NCBI GenBank assembly: GCA_965216325.1
Contig: OZ244160.1
Span: 2,400,001 to 2,464,000 of the forward strand
Length of the DNA stretch: 64,000 nt
Source of the DNA: Coraliomargarita sp.
Lineage (GTDB): Bacteria > Verrucomicrobiota > Verrucomicrobiia > Opitutales > Coraliomargaritaceae
Direction: 5' to 3'
The notes under the pieces were generated by a model. It searched no databases, was not told the DNA's origin, and was given only the letters and a program-made list of their open reading frames with translations. A program made the position numbers and the translations under genes. This document shows, one piece after another, positions 40,663-55,993 of this stretch. Numbering within the stretch: position 1 is the first letter of the stretch; each line of letters starts with the position of its first letter.

Positions 40663-42834
40663 TTAGAGGGTAAAGGCGCGCAGGGCGATGTTGAACTCGA
40701 CGTCGCTCTCACGTTCGGCTTTGTCGCGGAAGGTGATTTCGTAAATGAGCTCCCATGTTCCGGTGAGTCGGGTGCGGAGCCCAACACTTGCGCTGAGAAT
40801 GTCGCCACCCTCCGCGTCGAAACGGCAGTCGGTGAGCAAAGTGTAGCGCTCGTTGAGGCGATAAATAAAGTCTACCCGATATTGGTCGATCTCCTTGTTG
40901 AGCATGTCGGTGGACAGGCCAATCTCCCAAATTTCACCACTTTGAATCGTGGTTCGTGTGCGCAATTCTTCCAGAGTCAGCGTCTCGGTGTGAAGACGGC
41001 TCGCCATGTCGAACTTTAGCCATGGAGCTGGTGTCAGAATGAATTCAATCCATGTGGCATTGAAGGTATCCTGTTCTTCGGTCGCATCGTCGAAGCGGGT
41101 GCCTTTTTCGAACAAGACATCCTGATAGAAGTTCAATGCCGCCAGTCTGCGTGAGCCGTAGCCATTGTTGCTGGATTTGGTTTGAAAGAGATTCTCCAGG
41201 CCAAGGCGAACGAAGTTCTGCTGCTCGATGGCGTCGGTGTTGCGCAGGTCGCTTAGGTCGAGCAGTGGGCGGTTTAGGTCGAAGGCGTCACGATCGATGG
41301 TTGCGATTTCGCCTTCGGAATCGGGGTCGGTGTAGTAGCGATAGCGAACGACCGGGCGTACGATGTGGCGGAGGCCGTCAATGTCCCAAGTGCGGTTGAA
41401 GGTCGGGTAGACGGCGTGCATGCGGGCTTCGAGATCGAAACCAAACTCGTAGATGTCGCGGGTGTAGGAGTCGCCGTCAAGTGTCGGAGGCGGGTTGTTA
41501 CCGGCGGTGATATTAAATTCCTGATTCTCGTAATGTGTCAGACGTGCGCCTGCGAGTGGTGTAAAGGTCAGCCAATCGGTAAAGGGGATCGGGCGTTCGA
41601 GTCGATAGCTGGCGTCGATGCGATCGGTTTCACTCTCGTCTCCAATTTCGCCGATTGTTGGCGATTCTTCCAAGTCGCTGTAGTCTTCGCTGAGGCGTGC
41701 ATAGCTAACCGAGCCACGATGGTAGGCTCCGGTGTTGAAAATCGGAATCGGTAGAATATCCAAGCTGACTTCAGGGAGGCGTTCTTGTGTGAATTCGAAG
41801 TCGTTGGGGTTGAAGCGTCCGAAGGCCGAAACGAAGTAATTGTCGCCGGCATAGACGCCTTCGACAAAATTATCCGGGCGACGGTTGTCTGAATAGATGT
41901 CGTCGCGGAAATCGCGGGTGACCTCGGAGTCAGACCAATAACTGGTTGAGGCCGTCAGTGTGATACGCTCACCAATGTGGTGTTTGTGACGCCATTCGAC
42001 GAAGCCACGGTCGGAGTCAATTTCGCGGCGGTAGACATCGACACCGAGGTCATCGCCATTGTCGTTGATGTAGCCTGTGTTTAGCGCTCCAGTAAGGCTT
42101 TGGTTCTCATCGTTGTAGCGATACTGAACGGTAGGGCCCGCGAGCACGCCGCGATCCGTGTAGAGATCCAGATTCATCCCTGCGCGCAGCCATGGCTGGA
42201 TGGGGAAGAGGGTCGTTGTTTGCAAGTAAGCGCCTAGTTCATCGTCATAACCTGCGTTCACCTCTACGAAATACGGTGGTTGATCGACGTGGTGGGTGTA
42301 TTTCGGCAGGTAGAAAACTGGATAGTTGCCGACGCGAAAAGTCGTCTGTTCCAGAGTTACGGTGTCGGCTTGGTTGTCGAAACTCGCGGTTTGTGCAGTC
42401 GCACTTAGGGTGTAGGGGCCTGGGTCGCCATAATAGAAGGTCGCGCCGTCGACTTCGGCATTGCCCTTGTCGCCGCCAGCGGAGACGCCTGAGACATAGA
42501 AGGGCCATTCGCCGGTGCGGAGTATATCTGCGGAGAAGATGTTGTTCTCCGTGTCATAACTCATTTGGTCGGCAATTAGACGGCGGCCTTCACGGTTGAT
42601 CTCCACATTGCCGACTGCATCCGCGAGTGCATACTCTTGGTAGTAGGCGATTTGATCTGCCTGAACACGCACACCTTTATAATCCAGACGTGCATCACCG
42701 CGAGCGACCAGACGTTGAGCGGCTTCGTCAAACTCGATGGGTTCAATCGAACTGAGTTCGGGCAGGGCAGCAGAGAGCGTCAGCGAGAGCTGAGCACTTG
42801 AAATAAGAAAAATAGACCGGGCGTAAGGAAGCAC
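40663..42834 (-). CDS. lptD: LPS-assembly protein LptD-like outer-membrane beta-barrel
   Basis: OstA-like N-domain (GDARLDY, QADQIAY, PVFYLP), ERLPEV, LRHIVRP, amphipathic beta strands. Confidence 0.75.
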   Translation of the reverse strand: MLPYARSIFLISSAQLSLTLSAALPELSSIEPIEFDEAAQRLVARGDARLDYKGVRVQADQIAYYQEYALADAVGNVEINREGRRLIADQMSYDTENNIFSADILRTGEWPFYVSGVSAGGDKGNAEVDGATFYYGDPGPYTLSATAQTASFDNQADTVTLEQTTFRVGNYPVFYLPKYTHHVDQPPYFVEVNAGYDDELGAYLQTTTLFPIQPWLRAGMNLDLYTDRGVLAGPTVQYRYNDENQSLTGALNTGYINDNGDDLGVDVYRREIDSDRGFVEWRHKHHIGERITLTASTSYWSDSEVTRDFRDDIYSDNRRPDNFVEGVYAGDNYFVSAFGRFNPNDFEFTQERLPEVSLDILPIPIFNTGAYHRGSVSYARLSEDYSDLEESPTIGEIGDESETDRIDASYRLERPIPFTDWLTFTPLAGARLTHYENQEFNITAGNNPPPTLDGDSYTRDIYEFGFDLEARMHAVYPTFNRTWDIDGLRHIVRPVVRYRYYTDPDSEGEIATIDRDAFDLNRPLLDLSDLRNTDAIEQQNFVRLGLENLFQTKSSNNGYGSRRLAALNFYQDVLFEKGTRFDDATEEQDTFNATWIEFILTPAPWLKFDMASRLHTETLTLEELRTRTTIQSGEIWEIGLSTDMLNKEIDQYRVDFIYRLNERYTLLTDCRFDAEGGDILSASVGLRTRLTGTWELIYEITFRDKAERESDVEFNIALRAFTL

Positions 42835-42986
42835 GGGGGGGGACTATGGGCAGCCGAATTTCGCTGGACAAGTTTTTTATCCCTGATCGGTGGCATTTGG
42901 AATTCTTCAGGCCTCTATGAGATTAATTTCTAGGCTAAGATGGTTAGAAACTTGCAAGCTTGTGCTCAGCCGTTTTGCTGGGGCGC

Positions 42987-45200
<2,214 letters not shown>

Positions 45201-45210
45201 GACTTATTTA

Positions 45211-45290
45211 TGGAGGGCAACGCTCTGTCGTTGCCATGACGTGTTGAAGGCTCTTGCTCTGTGGTGGAAATGACGGAGCATTTCCCTCCA
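45211..45290. repeat. REPIN family C (TGGA-type)
   Basis: TGGAGGGCAACGCTCTGTCGTTGCC ... GGAAATGACGGAGCATTTCCCTCCA. Confidence 0.8.
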
Positions 45291-45303
45291 CTTCATTAAT
45301 TGC

Positions 45304-45335
45304 AAAAAGACCTCCCTGGTTTAGGGAGGTCTTTT
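45304..45335. terminator. Bidirectional terminator between glgB and nrfA
   Basis: AAAAAGACCTCCCT-GGTTT-AGGGAGGTCTTTT. Confidence 0.8.
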
Positions 45336-45357
45336 CGTTTAGATTGATCGGCAGCGT

Positions 45358-46800
<1,443 letters not shown>

Positions 46801-46818
46801 GATAGAGCCCGGGTTAGG

Positions 46819-47367
46819 TTATTTTGATAAAGCAGTTAAAGGTTCGTATTTGCCCATACCGACGCGCTCGCCGTGTCCGACGGTACGGTGGCAATGCACG
46901 CAGTTCATGTCGTCCGCGTCAGCCGTCGTGCCGGAGATCATCTCGTGCACGAAGTCTTCGTGGCAATCGATGCAGTTTTGCTGGAGGATCTTGGCGGCTT
47001 TATCGCGTATCGCGATGGGTTCAGGGAAGTCTTGAAAGGTAAAGCCCTTGGAGTGCAGGTAGCCGTTTTCCGCTTTGGCGATGTATTTGCCAATAAAGTC
47101 GTGCGGTAGGTGGCAATCGACACAGGTCGCCGCCGCGTGGTGGCTGGCTTTTTGCCAGGAGTCGAATTGTGGCTGCATGATGTGGCAATTCACGCAGGCT
47201 TGAGGGTCCTTGCTAAAGTAGGAGAGGCCTTCCCCGTATTGGAAGGTGTATGTGCCTAGCCCCAGAAGTGTGCCAGCTGCAATAGCCAACAGGAAGCCAG
47301 CCAAAGACATGCTTAGCCAACCTTTTTTTCGCTTCTGATGCCTCGTGATTTGAGGCTGTGTGTCCAT
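46819..47367 (-). CDS. nrfH: Cytochrome c nitrite reductase small subunit NrfH
   Basis: TM helix, [16 protein letters not shown], four CxxCH motifs. Confidence 0.95.
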   Translation of the reverse strand: MDTQPQITRHQKRKKGWLSMSLAGFLLAIAAGTLLGLGTYTFQYGEGLSYFSKDPQACVNCHIMQPQFDSWQKASHHAAATCVDCHLPHDFIGKYIAKAENGYLHSKGFTFQDFPEPIAIRDKAAKILQQNCIDCHEDFVHEMISGTTADADDMNCVHCHRTVGHGERVGMGKYEPLTALSK

Positions 47368-47504
47368 CGTTAGCAAACCATAGCTACGAATTGCATTTGG
47401 TCAACTATTATAAAAATACGAAATGGTATTTAATTGGCAGTGTGAGCTATCTGATCAGCTAGTGGAAGCTACGTTCGGTTGCGATGGCAGATCCTGCTCC
47501 GAGA

Positions 47505-49031
47505 CTATTGAAAATGGGAGATGGTCTCGACCACGAAGTGGTCGAGGCTCGACTGTGGCGACTCGAAGGCGATGTCCATCTCAAGCTCGTTTAGTGTCTT
47601 GGAGGTGAGTGGGCCGATGCTGCCGTAGGCCGGTTGAGTTGCCTCATCTTCAAGAGCCAGCGCATCTTGTTGGTCGACAAAGGATTTCACCGTTGAAGAG
47701 CTGGTGAATAGCACGGCATCCGCACCTTCTTTGCGGAAGCGCTCGGCGGCAGGTTCTTTGCTCAGGTCTGTCTTAGAGGTCTTATACAGTGGCAGTGTGT
47801 CGACGATGGCACGGCCTTCGTCTTCGAGGCGTTTGACCAAAGTCTGGCGGTTCTGATTGCCGGTGACGATGAGCATTTTGACACTTTCTACGCCTTCGTC
47901 TTCGATGAACTTGGTGGCGAGGGCGTCGGCGTTGGCCTTTGGTGGGATCAGGTCCACCTTTAGGTGATGCTTTTCAATCTCGCGGGCGGTCGCTGCGCCA
48001 ACCGCTGCAATGCGCATGGGGCCGAGGCAACGAATGTCCGGGTAGGCCTTGTAGAACAGGTCGAAGAAGGTCTTCACGCCATTGGCGCTGGTGAAAACGA
48101 TCCATTCGTAAACAGCCATCTCCGCGAATACTTCAGTCAGTGTGTTTGGGTCATAGTGTGGCTCCACTTTGATGAAGGGGAGTTCGAGCACTTCAGCGCC
48201 TTGGGCTTCGAGCATTTCGGTGAGCTGGCCGGCTTGCTCGCGAGCGCGTGTGACCACGACTCGCTTACCAAACAGTGGCCGACCTTCGAACCATTCGGTT
48301 TTGGTGCGTTGCGCAACCACTTGGCCGATGATGATCATTGCTGGTGTGCCGATGCCTGCAGCTTCGATGTCGCTGACGATACTATCGACGGTGCCGTAAA
48401 CGGAACGCTGACGGTTGAGTGTGGCCCATTGGATCACGCCGACAGGCGTGTCGCCGGACATGCCGCCGTCTTTGAGTTCACCCAAGATGCGGGGCAGTTG
48501 GCCGAGGCTCATGTAGAGGCAGAGTGTGCCGTTGGTGGAACCGTGCTTCTTGAAGTCGATGCTCAGCGTATGCTTTTCGGGGTTTTCGTGTCCGGTCAGA
48601 AAAGTGATCGACGAGCTGTATTCGCGGTGGGAGAGAGGAATACCGGCGTAGGATGCGGCTGCCAGTGCAGCGGTCACGCCGGGCACGATCTCGAATGGGA
48701 TCTTGTCGGCCTGAAGTTCGTCCATTTCTTCACCGCCGCGGCCGAAGACAAAGGGATCGCCGCCCTTGAGGCGAACGACTTGTAGGCCCTTGTGCGCGCG
48801 ATCGACCAGAATCTCTTCGATCTCATCCTGTGGCAGCGAGTGTAGGCCGGAGCGTTTGCCGACGTAGATCTTTTCCGCATCCGAGCGCGCCCAGTCGAGC
48901 AGCTTCGGGTTGGCCAAGTAATCATAGACGATCACATCGGCAGTTTCGATGAGTTGGCGCGCACGCACGGTGACTAAGCCGGGATCGCCCGGGCCTGCGC
49001 CAATGAGATAAACTTTTCCTGTTGTTTCCAT
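47505..49031 (-). CDS. cobA: Uroporphyrinogen-III C-methyltransferase / synthase fusion (CobA-HemD)
   Basis: [54 protein letters not shown]; start ATG 49031. Confidence 0.95.
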   Translation of the reverse strand: METTGKVYLIGAGPGDPGLVTVRARQLIETADVIVYDYLANPKLLDWARSDAEKIYVGKRSGLHSLPQDEIEEILVDRAHKGLQVVRLKGGDPFVFGRGGEEMDELQADKIPFEIVPGVTAALAAASYAGIPLSHREYSSSITFLTGHENPEKHTLSIDFKKHGSTNGTLCLYMSLGQLPRILGELKDGGMSGDTPVGVIQWATLNRQRSVYGTVDSIVSDIEAAGIGTPAMIIIGQVVAQRTKTEWFEGRPLFGKRVVVTRAREQAGQLTEMLEAQGAEVLELPFIKVEPHYDPNTLTEVFAEMAVYEWIVFTSANGVKTFFDLFYKAYPDIRCLGPMRIAAVGAATAREIEKHHLKVDLIPPKANADALATKFIEDEGVESVKMLIVTGNQNRQTLVKRLEDEGRAIVDTLPLYKTSKTDLSKEPAAERFRKEGADAVLFTSSSTVKSFVDQQDALALEDEATQPAYGSIGPLTSKTLNELEMDIAFESPQSSLDHFVVETISHFQ

Positions 49032-49035
49032 GTTT

Positions 49036-49106
49036 GTAGGGGCGTGCCTTGGCACGCCCGTCAAGTGTTGCGGGTGCTGGGCGGGCGCGTCAAGTCGCGC
49101 CCCTAC
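49036..49106. repeat. GTAG-type REPIN, family D, filling the hemC-cobA gap
   Basis: GTAG-GGGCGTGCC-TT-GGCACGCCC ... GGGCGCG-TCAAGT-CGCGCCC-CTAC. Confidence 0.85.
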
Positions 49107-49960
49107 AAGTTGAGATCGCCAAGGATCGCGGACAGCACGCCGTCGATCTCTAGGATAGTCTCGATTTCGAATTCGTAAGTCGTGTGGCCGACTTCCGGAT
49201 GGTAAATATAAAACGTGTTGCCGTCGTAGTGTGCGCCAACGGGTGTTTGGCAACCGCCGCCGAGGCGGTGTAGGAACTCGCGCTCAAGAGTGACCGCACG
49301 CTTGGTTTGCTCGCAGAAGAGATCTTGGTAGGTCTCTAAGTCCTTCTCGCGGCATTGGATGGCGATGGCGGCTTGGCCGGGAGCGGGCACCATCTCTGCA
49401 ATTGGAAGCTCGACGAATTCAAGGCCTTCGTAGCTGCTTATGTCTAGGCGGTCGAGTCCGGCTGCGGCGAGTAGGGTGGCTTCGGCTTCGTGATCTTCAG
49501 CGATCTTGCGCAGGCGTGTTCCGACGTTGCCGCGCAGTGTGGTCCATTCCGCCTCGTCGTTGGTCAGCGCGAGCTGGGCGCGGCGGCGCGGGCTGCTGGT
49601 CGCAATTTGTTTTGGATACTCAGACTCGCACCGGTGCACGAGCACGTCGTTGGCGCGGGCGCGTGGTAAATAGCCTGCGATGCACAGATCCTCGTGGAAG
49701 GTCGTGGGCATGTCCTTAGCGCTGTGCACTGCGAGAACTGCCTTGTCGGCGAGGAGGGCTTCTTCCAGCTCCTTGGTAAAGAGGCCAATGCCGCCACGCT
49801 TTTCCAGTGACCAGCTTAGGCGCTCGTCCACTTTGGTCGAGAGGCGTAGCTCCTCGAATGTGGAGTGTGGGAGCTTTTCAGTCAGCCATGCGCGGACCAT
49901 CTCGGTCTGCTTGAGGGCGAGTGGGCTCTTGCGTGTGGCGATTAGGATTGGATCGGACAT
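49103..49960 (-). CDS. hemC: Hydroxymethylbilane synthase (porphobilinogen deaminase)
   Basis: ATRKSPLALKQ, GLFTKELE, AVHSAKDMP, TSSPRRRAQ, RGNVGTRL, GGGCQTP; start ATG 49960. Confidence 0.95.
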   Translation of the reverse strand: MSDPILIATRKSPLALKQTEMVRAWLTEKLPHSTFEELRLSTKVDERLSWSLEKRGGIGLFTKELEEALLADKAVLAVHSAKDMPTTFHEDLCIAGYLPRARANDVLVHRCESEYPKQIATSSPRRRAQLALTNDEAEWTTLRGNVGTRLRKIAEDHEAEATLLAAAGLDRLDISSYEGLEFVELPIAEMVPAPGQAAIAIQCREKDLETYQDLFCEQTKRAVTLEREFLHRLGGGCQTPVGAHYDGNTFYIYHPEVGHTTYEFEIETILEIDGVLSAILGDLNL

Positions 49961-49999
49961 GAACGTTGAACATTCAACGTCGAACTTCGAACGTCGAAT
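49961..49999. repeat. Degenerate heptamer tandem array abutting the hemC start
   Basis: AACGTTG AACATTC AACGTCG AACTTCG AACGTCG AAT. Confidence 0.75.
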
Positions 50000-50010
50000 C
50001 AAAAGTGTGT

Positions 50011-50111
50011 GGTCGGGACGCTTGCCCTCAGGCGTCCGTTTGCCAAGAGTTGAAGATTCCTTTGGCGGACGCTTGCACCCAAGCGCATAATAAAGGGCAA
50101 ACGCCCCTACC
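50011..50111. repeat. Degenerate GTAG-type REPIN
   Basis: GGTCG-GGACGCTTG-CCCT-CAGGCGTCC ... GGACGCTTG...CAAACGCCC-CTACC. Confidence 0.6.
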
Positions 50112-50117
50112 GTAACT

Positions 50118-50153
50118 AAAAAGCGGTCGAAGGAATTAACCAACGACCGCTTT
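50118..50153 (-). terminator. Probable terminator of ilvC
   Basis: AAAGCGGTCG...CGACCGCTTT with A/T tracts. Confidence 0.6.
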
Positions 50154-50177
50154 GAAAAGCTAGATGAAAAAGGCGGC

Positions 50178-51206
<1,029 letters not shown>

Positions 51207-51271
51207 TGTTCTGTGTATCTTTGCGGAGCTGGGCTCCTTTTTTGTTTATATGGAAGTGTGGGAGGCTTCGA

Positions 51272-51748
51272 CTACTGGCCACGCTTGAGCGCGAGGCCGC
51301 CGGAGCGAGCCATCTCAACGATGCCGTGTGGCTCGATGAGGCTAAGGAAGCCTTTAACCTTGTTTGCGTTACCGGTCATTTCGATGTTCACCGTAGTCGG
51401 GGACACGTCGATGATACGGGCACGGAAAATATCGCAGATCTGCATGATCTCGGAGCGCTTCTCGGGGGCGGCGTTGACCTTGAGCATGACCAGTTCACGC
51501 TCAGTTGCGGAGCCTTTTGAGAATTCAGTCACTTCCAGCACGTTGATGAGCTTGTTGACTTGCTTGATTGCTTGATCGAGCGAGTCGCTATCACCTTTGA
51601 TGCAGACGGTAATGCGGGAGAAACGATCATCCGGCATTGGGCCCACATTCAAGCTTTCGATGTTAAATCCTCGGCCGCTGAACATACCAGCGATACGAGC
51701 GAGGACACCGAACTTGTTTTCGACGAGAATGGAAATGATGTGGCGCAT
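51272..51748 (-). CDS. ilvN: Acetolactate synthase small (regulatory) subunit
   Basis: ILVENKFGVLARIAGMFSGRGFNIESL (ACT domain), ERELVMLKV. Confidence 0.96.
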   Translation of the reverse strand: MRHIISILVENKFGVLARIAGMFSGRGFNIESLNVGPMPDDRFSRITVCIKGDSDSLDQAIKQVNKLINVLEVTEFSKGSATERELVMLKVNAAPEKRSEIMQICDIFRARIIDVSPTTVNIEMTGNANKVKGFLSLIEPHGIVEMARSGGLALKRGQ

Positions 51749-51793
51749 AATAAAAAGGGCCCAATTTGGATGGACCCGTGATTTTTTTCGAAA

Positions 51794-51870
51794 TGGTAGA
51801 CGGTGAGGGATTCGAACCCACGACCCCCTCGGTGTAAACGAGGTGCTCTAACCAGCTGAGCTAACCGTCC
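51794..51870 (-). tRNA. tRNA-Val(TAC)
   Basis: GGACGGTTAGCTCAGCTGGTTAGAGCA-CCTCG-TTTACAC-CGAGG...GGTTCGAATCC...CCA; 77 nt. Confidence 0.97.
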
Positions 51871-51957
51871 GTTTCGGAAAGACGTGTAAAATGCTGTGCG
51901 CCTTTGTTGAATCAAGCCAAATTTTCACGAATTTTGATTTTCTTGAAAATTGGGTGA

Positions 51958-52343
<386 letters not shown>

Positions 52344-52509
52344 ATTCCAAAGGAGGTGGAAGAAATTACATCGTGTGCTGTTTGCAAGCTTTGACTTTAG
52401 TGGTTCCTAATTCTGGCGCTCATAGGAGGCCGCCACTGTGCCACCATTATATGAGGTGCTTTGATGCTTTGTTCTCGACCGTTGAGTGGCTGAACGTATC
52501 ACTTTGCCT

Positions 52510-53295
52510 ATGTCTGCCACGGTATTTACAATTGCGAATCAAAAGGGCGGTGTCGGTAAGACGACGACTGCGATTAATCTCAGCTATGCGCTCGCTGAAC
52601 AGGGGGTGCGCACTGTGCTTGTGGATCTCGATCCGCAGGCAAATGCAACCAGTGGCCTTGGACTCGAAAAACTAGAAGGCGGTAGTCTTTATGGACCTCT
52701 ACTCGGCGAGGGCTCCGCGCTCGATAAGGTGCAACCCGTCGGTGCGAATGCGAATCTGTTCGTGATCCCTTCGGAAGTCGACATGGCTGCGATTGAGATC
52801 GAGTTAGTGCAGAAGGAGAACTATCTTGTGCAGCTACGCGAAGTGCTGGCTCCGCTGCGTGAGTCGGGTGACTACGATGCTGTAATTCTCGACTGCCCGC
52901 CTGCGCTGGGGATGCTGTCGATGAATAGCTTGGCGGCTGCTGACTACCTGCTGATAGCGCTGCAGTGTGAGTATCTGGCAATGGAGGGGCTTGGTCAAAT
53001 TCTCAAGGTCCTCGATACGCTGCGTGATGCGGGTGTGAATGACGGTCTGGAACTCGGTGGTATTTTAATGACGATGTTCGACCAACGTAACAATCTTGCC
53101 CACCAAGTTGTGGGCGAGGTGCGCAATCACTTCGATGATATGGTCTTTCGCAGCATGATTCCACGTTCGATCCGCTTGAGTGAAGCACCTAGTTTCGGCC
53201 AATCCATTTTCGAATACGATGGCAATAGCAAGGGTGCCAATGCTTACCGCTACTTTGCCGACGAAGTGATCGAGCGCTTTAGTCTTGGTAAGTAG
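52510..53295 (+). CDS. parA: ParA/Soj-family ATPase
   Basis: NQKGGVGKTTT, DLDPQANAT, DCPPALG, QCEYLAMEG, RLSEAPSFG. Confidence 0.92.
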   Translation: MSATVFTIANQKGGVGKTTTAINLSYALAEQGVRTVLVDLDPQANATSGLGLEKLEGGSLYGPLLGEGSALDKVQPVGANANLFVIPSEVDMAAIEIELVQKENYLVQLREVLAPLRESGDYDAVILDCPPALGMLSMNSLAAADYLLIALQCEYLAMEGLGQILKVLDTLRDAGVNDGLELGGILMTMFDQRNNLAHQVVGEVRNHFDDMVFRSMIPRSIRLSEAPSFGQSIFEYDGNSKGANAYRYFADEVIERFSLGK

Positions 53296-53313
53296 AATTT
53301 TCGCGCTCAGCGC

Positions 53314-53383
53314 TGGAGGGCAATGCTCCGTCATTGCCGCCTCATATAACACTTCAATGGCAACGACGGAGCGTTGCCCTCCA
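53314..53383. repeat. REPIN family C (TGGA-type)
   Basis: TGGAGGGCAATGCTCCGTCATTGCC ... GGCAACGACGGAGCGTTGCCCTCCA. Confidence 0.85.
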
Positions 53384-53394
53384 TTTTCTTTCAG

Positions 53395-54321
53395 ATGACG
53401 GAGCCCGCTCCAGCCGACAATCTTCCAGAGCTAGATGCCTTTTGTGCTCACCTCACGTTGGAGCGCCGTGTCTCGGAATACACGGTGCGCAACTATCGTC
53501 ATGCGGTGGAGAACTTCGTTGCTTGTATGGAAGAGCAGGGCAAGTGGCGAGGTGAGTTCGGCGCAGTGCGTTCGCTGGAGGTTCGTTCCTTTCTGATCGA
53601 TCAAGGACGCCGTGTCTCACGCCGCACGCTGCATAACCATGTATCGGGTTTGCGGGCCTTTTATCGCTATCTGAGGCAACAAGGACAGGTGGAGAACAAT
53701 CCATTCACTGGAGTGGCGCTGCCGAAACTGGATAAGCCACTGCCGAAGTTCTTAACTGAAGGGCAAATGCAGGCCTTGTTGAATGCGCCCACTAAGCTGT
53801 GGAAAGAGGGCAAGCTTGGAGAGTTTGAAGCCTTCCGGGATAGTTTGATTCTGGAATTGCTCTACGGGGGCGGACTGCGTGTGAGCGAACTGTGTGCCCT
53901 AAATCATGGTCAGATTGATCTGGGGCAAGGAATTGCGCGGGTGCTGGGCAAGGGCCAGAAGGAGAGGCTGTGTCCCTTAGGGCCAGTTGCCGTCCAATGC
54001 TTGAAAACTTTCGTGGAGCGCTTCGACTTGAGCGCCGATCTCAGTTCTCCAGTGATTTCGCAGAGCAATGGTCGGCGCATGGAGCCGCGCCAGATCCAAA
54101 AGCTACTCAAAGTGCACCTAGCCGCGGCCGAGTTGCCGCTCGATATGACTCCGCATAAGTTGCGCCACTCCTTTGCGACGCACATGCTGGACAACGGTGC
54201 GGATTTGCGAGCAGTGCAGGAACTTCTCGGACACGCGAATCTCTCCACCACTCAGATCTATACCCACGTTTCAATCGCACGTCTGAAGGAGGCGCACAAG
54301 CAAGCCCACCCGAGAGCATAG
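53395..54321 (+). CDS. xerC: Tyrosine recombinase XerC-like
   Basis: SEYTVRNY, LPKFL, GLRVSEL, GKGQKER, TPHKLRHSFATHMLDNGADLRAVQELLGHANLSTTQIYTH. Confidence 0.9.
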   Translation: MTEPAPADNLPELDAFCAHLTLERRVSEYTVRNYRHAVENFVACMEEQGKWRGEFGAVRSLEVRSFLIDQGRRVSRRTLHNHVSGLRAFYRYLRQQGQVENNPFTGVALPKLDKPLPKFLTEGQMQALLNAPTKLWKEGKLGEFEAFRDSLILELLYGGGLRVSELCALNHGQIDLGQGIARVLGKGQKERLCPLGPVAVQCLKTFVERFDLSADLSSPVISQSNGRRMEPRQIQKLLKVHLAAAELPLDMTPHKLRHSFATHMLDNGADLRAVQELLGHANLSTTQIYTHVSIARLKEAHKQAHPRA

Positions 54322-54324
54322 CGT

Positions 54325-54870
54325 ATGCAGAATTCGAATACATATCAGCGGGCTGTTGAGCTAGCAAAGTCCGCATCTATTGGACTCGGGCGAGTGGAAT
54401 TTTTAATGAACCGTCCTGCAGAGGGCGAGCATGTGCCGGTGGATGCGCTGTATCTGGATGTGGTGCATGGGATACAAGGGGATCGCTGGGAGCGCACTGC
54501 ATGGCTGAAAACGGATACGGGTGCTCCAGATCCACGTGTTCAAGTGAGTCTGACGAATACCAGTGTGATTCGATGTTTTACGGGTGAGGCCTTAGAGTCG
54601 CAGTATCTTTGCGGTGATAATTGCTACGTGAACTTGAATTTGACGGAGGCTGTGTTGCCTGTCGGTAGTCGCTTACAAATCGGAAATGCAGTGATCGAAG
54701 TTAGTGATGTCGAAAACGATGCCTGTGGGAAGTTCGCGCAGCGCTTTGGTGTGGATGCTTTGAAGTGGGTGCGTCGGCCGGAGCACCTCTCCTTGCGCCT
54801 TCGAGGGATCTTTTGTCGTATCGAGCAGTCCGGTTGGGTTCGAGTGGGAGATCACATAAAGTTGTGCTGA
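54325..54870 (+). CDS. MOSC-domain protein
   Basis: GIQGDRW, GDNCYV, LPVGSRLQIG, ACGKFAQRFG, LRGIFCRI..GWVRVGD. Confidence 0.8.
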   Translation: MQNSNTYQRAVELAKSASIGLGRVEFLMNRPAEGEHVPVDALYLDVVHGIQGDRWERTAWLKTDTGAPDPRVQVSLTNTSVIRCFTGEALESQYLCGDNCYVNLNLTEAVLPVGSRLQIGNAVIEVSDVENDACGKFAQRFGVDALKWVRRPEHLSLRLRGIFCRIEQSGWVRVGDHIKLC

Positions 54871-54995
54871 TCTGTGGTATGTGTTGTGCGGTTTCTGTGG
54901 GGAGATTTTTTTGCAGGGCTAGGGTGTTTCACTTATTATTTGGTTGCGCCTGCAGGCTATCCTACTTGAGTCCGTGACATTATGAAGACTGTTTG

Positions 54996-55685
54996 CTATC
55001 TCTTCGTTGTCATTTTTTCAGTATTGCTTCTGCGTCTGGAAGCGGTGATCTCACCGAGGTAGGCACAGATCGCCCATGCAGTCACTTTCCCAACTCCGGT
55101 GACGCTCTGGATGATTTGGGATTGTTCACGCAGTTCTTCGTTGGACTGGATGCTTTGCTCTATGCGCTCTTCGAGTGCTTTGAGCTGTTCTTCAATGAAG
55201 GCGATCATCTTTTCGATCTCCGGCTCAAGCAGAGGTTCGGCCTTCTGTAGGCGTGTCTTCTCTCTTGTGAGCATCTCGGTGAGCTGGCTGCGCCGATCCA
55301 TGAGTGTTCCCAGTTCCTGACGACAGGGATCGTTTGGTCGCGTTGGTTCGGGCTGTCGCTGCTGAGCGTAGCGTAGAAGCATCTTCGCGTCGAGCGGATC
55401 GGTTTTGGCCTTGATCCCTTCGCTGCGGGCAAAGTCTCTGACTCTGGCAGGATTGAGAAGGGTGTAGGGAAGGTTCCGCTCTTGTAGCAAGGCAAGTAAA
55501 GGACGTTCATAGCCTCCGGTTGCTTCACAGACAAGGATCGTGCCTTCGAGCTGTTTGCTGAGTATCGAAAGGAGCTGTTGAAGCCCCTTCTGTTTATAGG
55601 GCAAAGCGCAGGCGTAATCGGGTGCTTGCACTTGCAGGCTGTCTTTTGCAATATCGACAGCGATGTAACTTTTGTGCTTGGTCAT
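54996..55685 (-). pseudogene. C-terminally truncated IS110-family recombinase
   Basis: DEDD residues in AVDIAK, VCEATGGYE and KTDPLDA; coiled coil; SVTGVGKVTA..LGEI, then IS110-like sequence stops before the conserved SG serine. Confidence 0.9.
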
Positions 55686-55993
55686 GGTTTGTATCGGTCT
55701 TGTAGAGATGAACTCACCGCCCTTGGACAGAGGTTCCGTCAACTGTTTGATATAAAACCAGAAGGCTTCCGAGGATCACTGCTCGCTAGTGAACTCGCCG
55801 CAAGGCAGTTCGAGACGGGGTTTGATCTCATCGGAAACCGTCCCGAGGCGGCGGCCACCGCTTCGGGACTACCTGGCACCTCCGACACTGCACCGTGACG
55901 AAGGCTTTTTCGAGCCCTTGCTCCGACGAGTTCTATAGACCCATTCTCGCAAGGGCTCAAAAAGCTGATTTATCATCGCGGGAAACCTACAAG
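55050..55993 (-). mobile_element. IS110 (IS621-like) element remnant: left end plus partial recombinase
   Basis: Left boundary inferred at the CT core 55993-55992 (CTTGTAG); right end is missing, so the lower boundary is approximate. Confidence 0.7.
55683..55975 (-). ncRNA. Putative IS110 bridge RNA
   Basis: Two 5' hairpins, then target-binding-like and donor-binding-like internal loops whose guides match the element's own junction. Confidence 0.7.

Noticed and set aside
47391..47404. FNR-like box upstream of nrfH (TTGCA-TTTG-GTCAA)
   Set aside because: Three mismatches to TTGAT-N4-ATCAA, and equally explained as a -35 (TTGACC) 16 nt from TATGGT.
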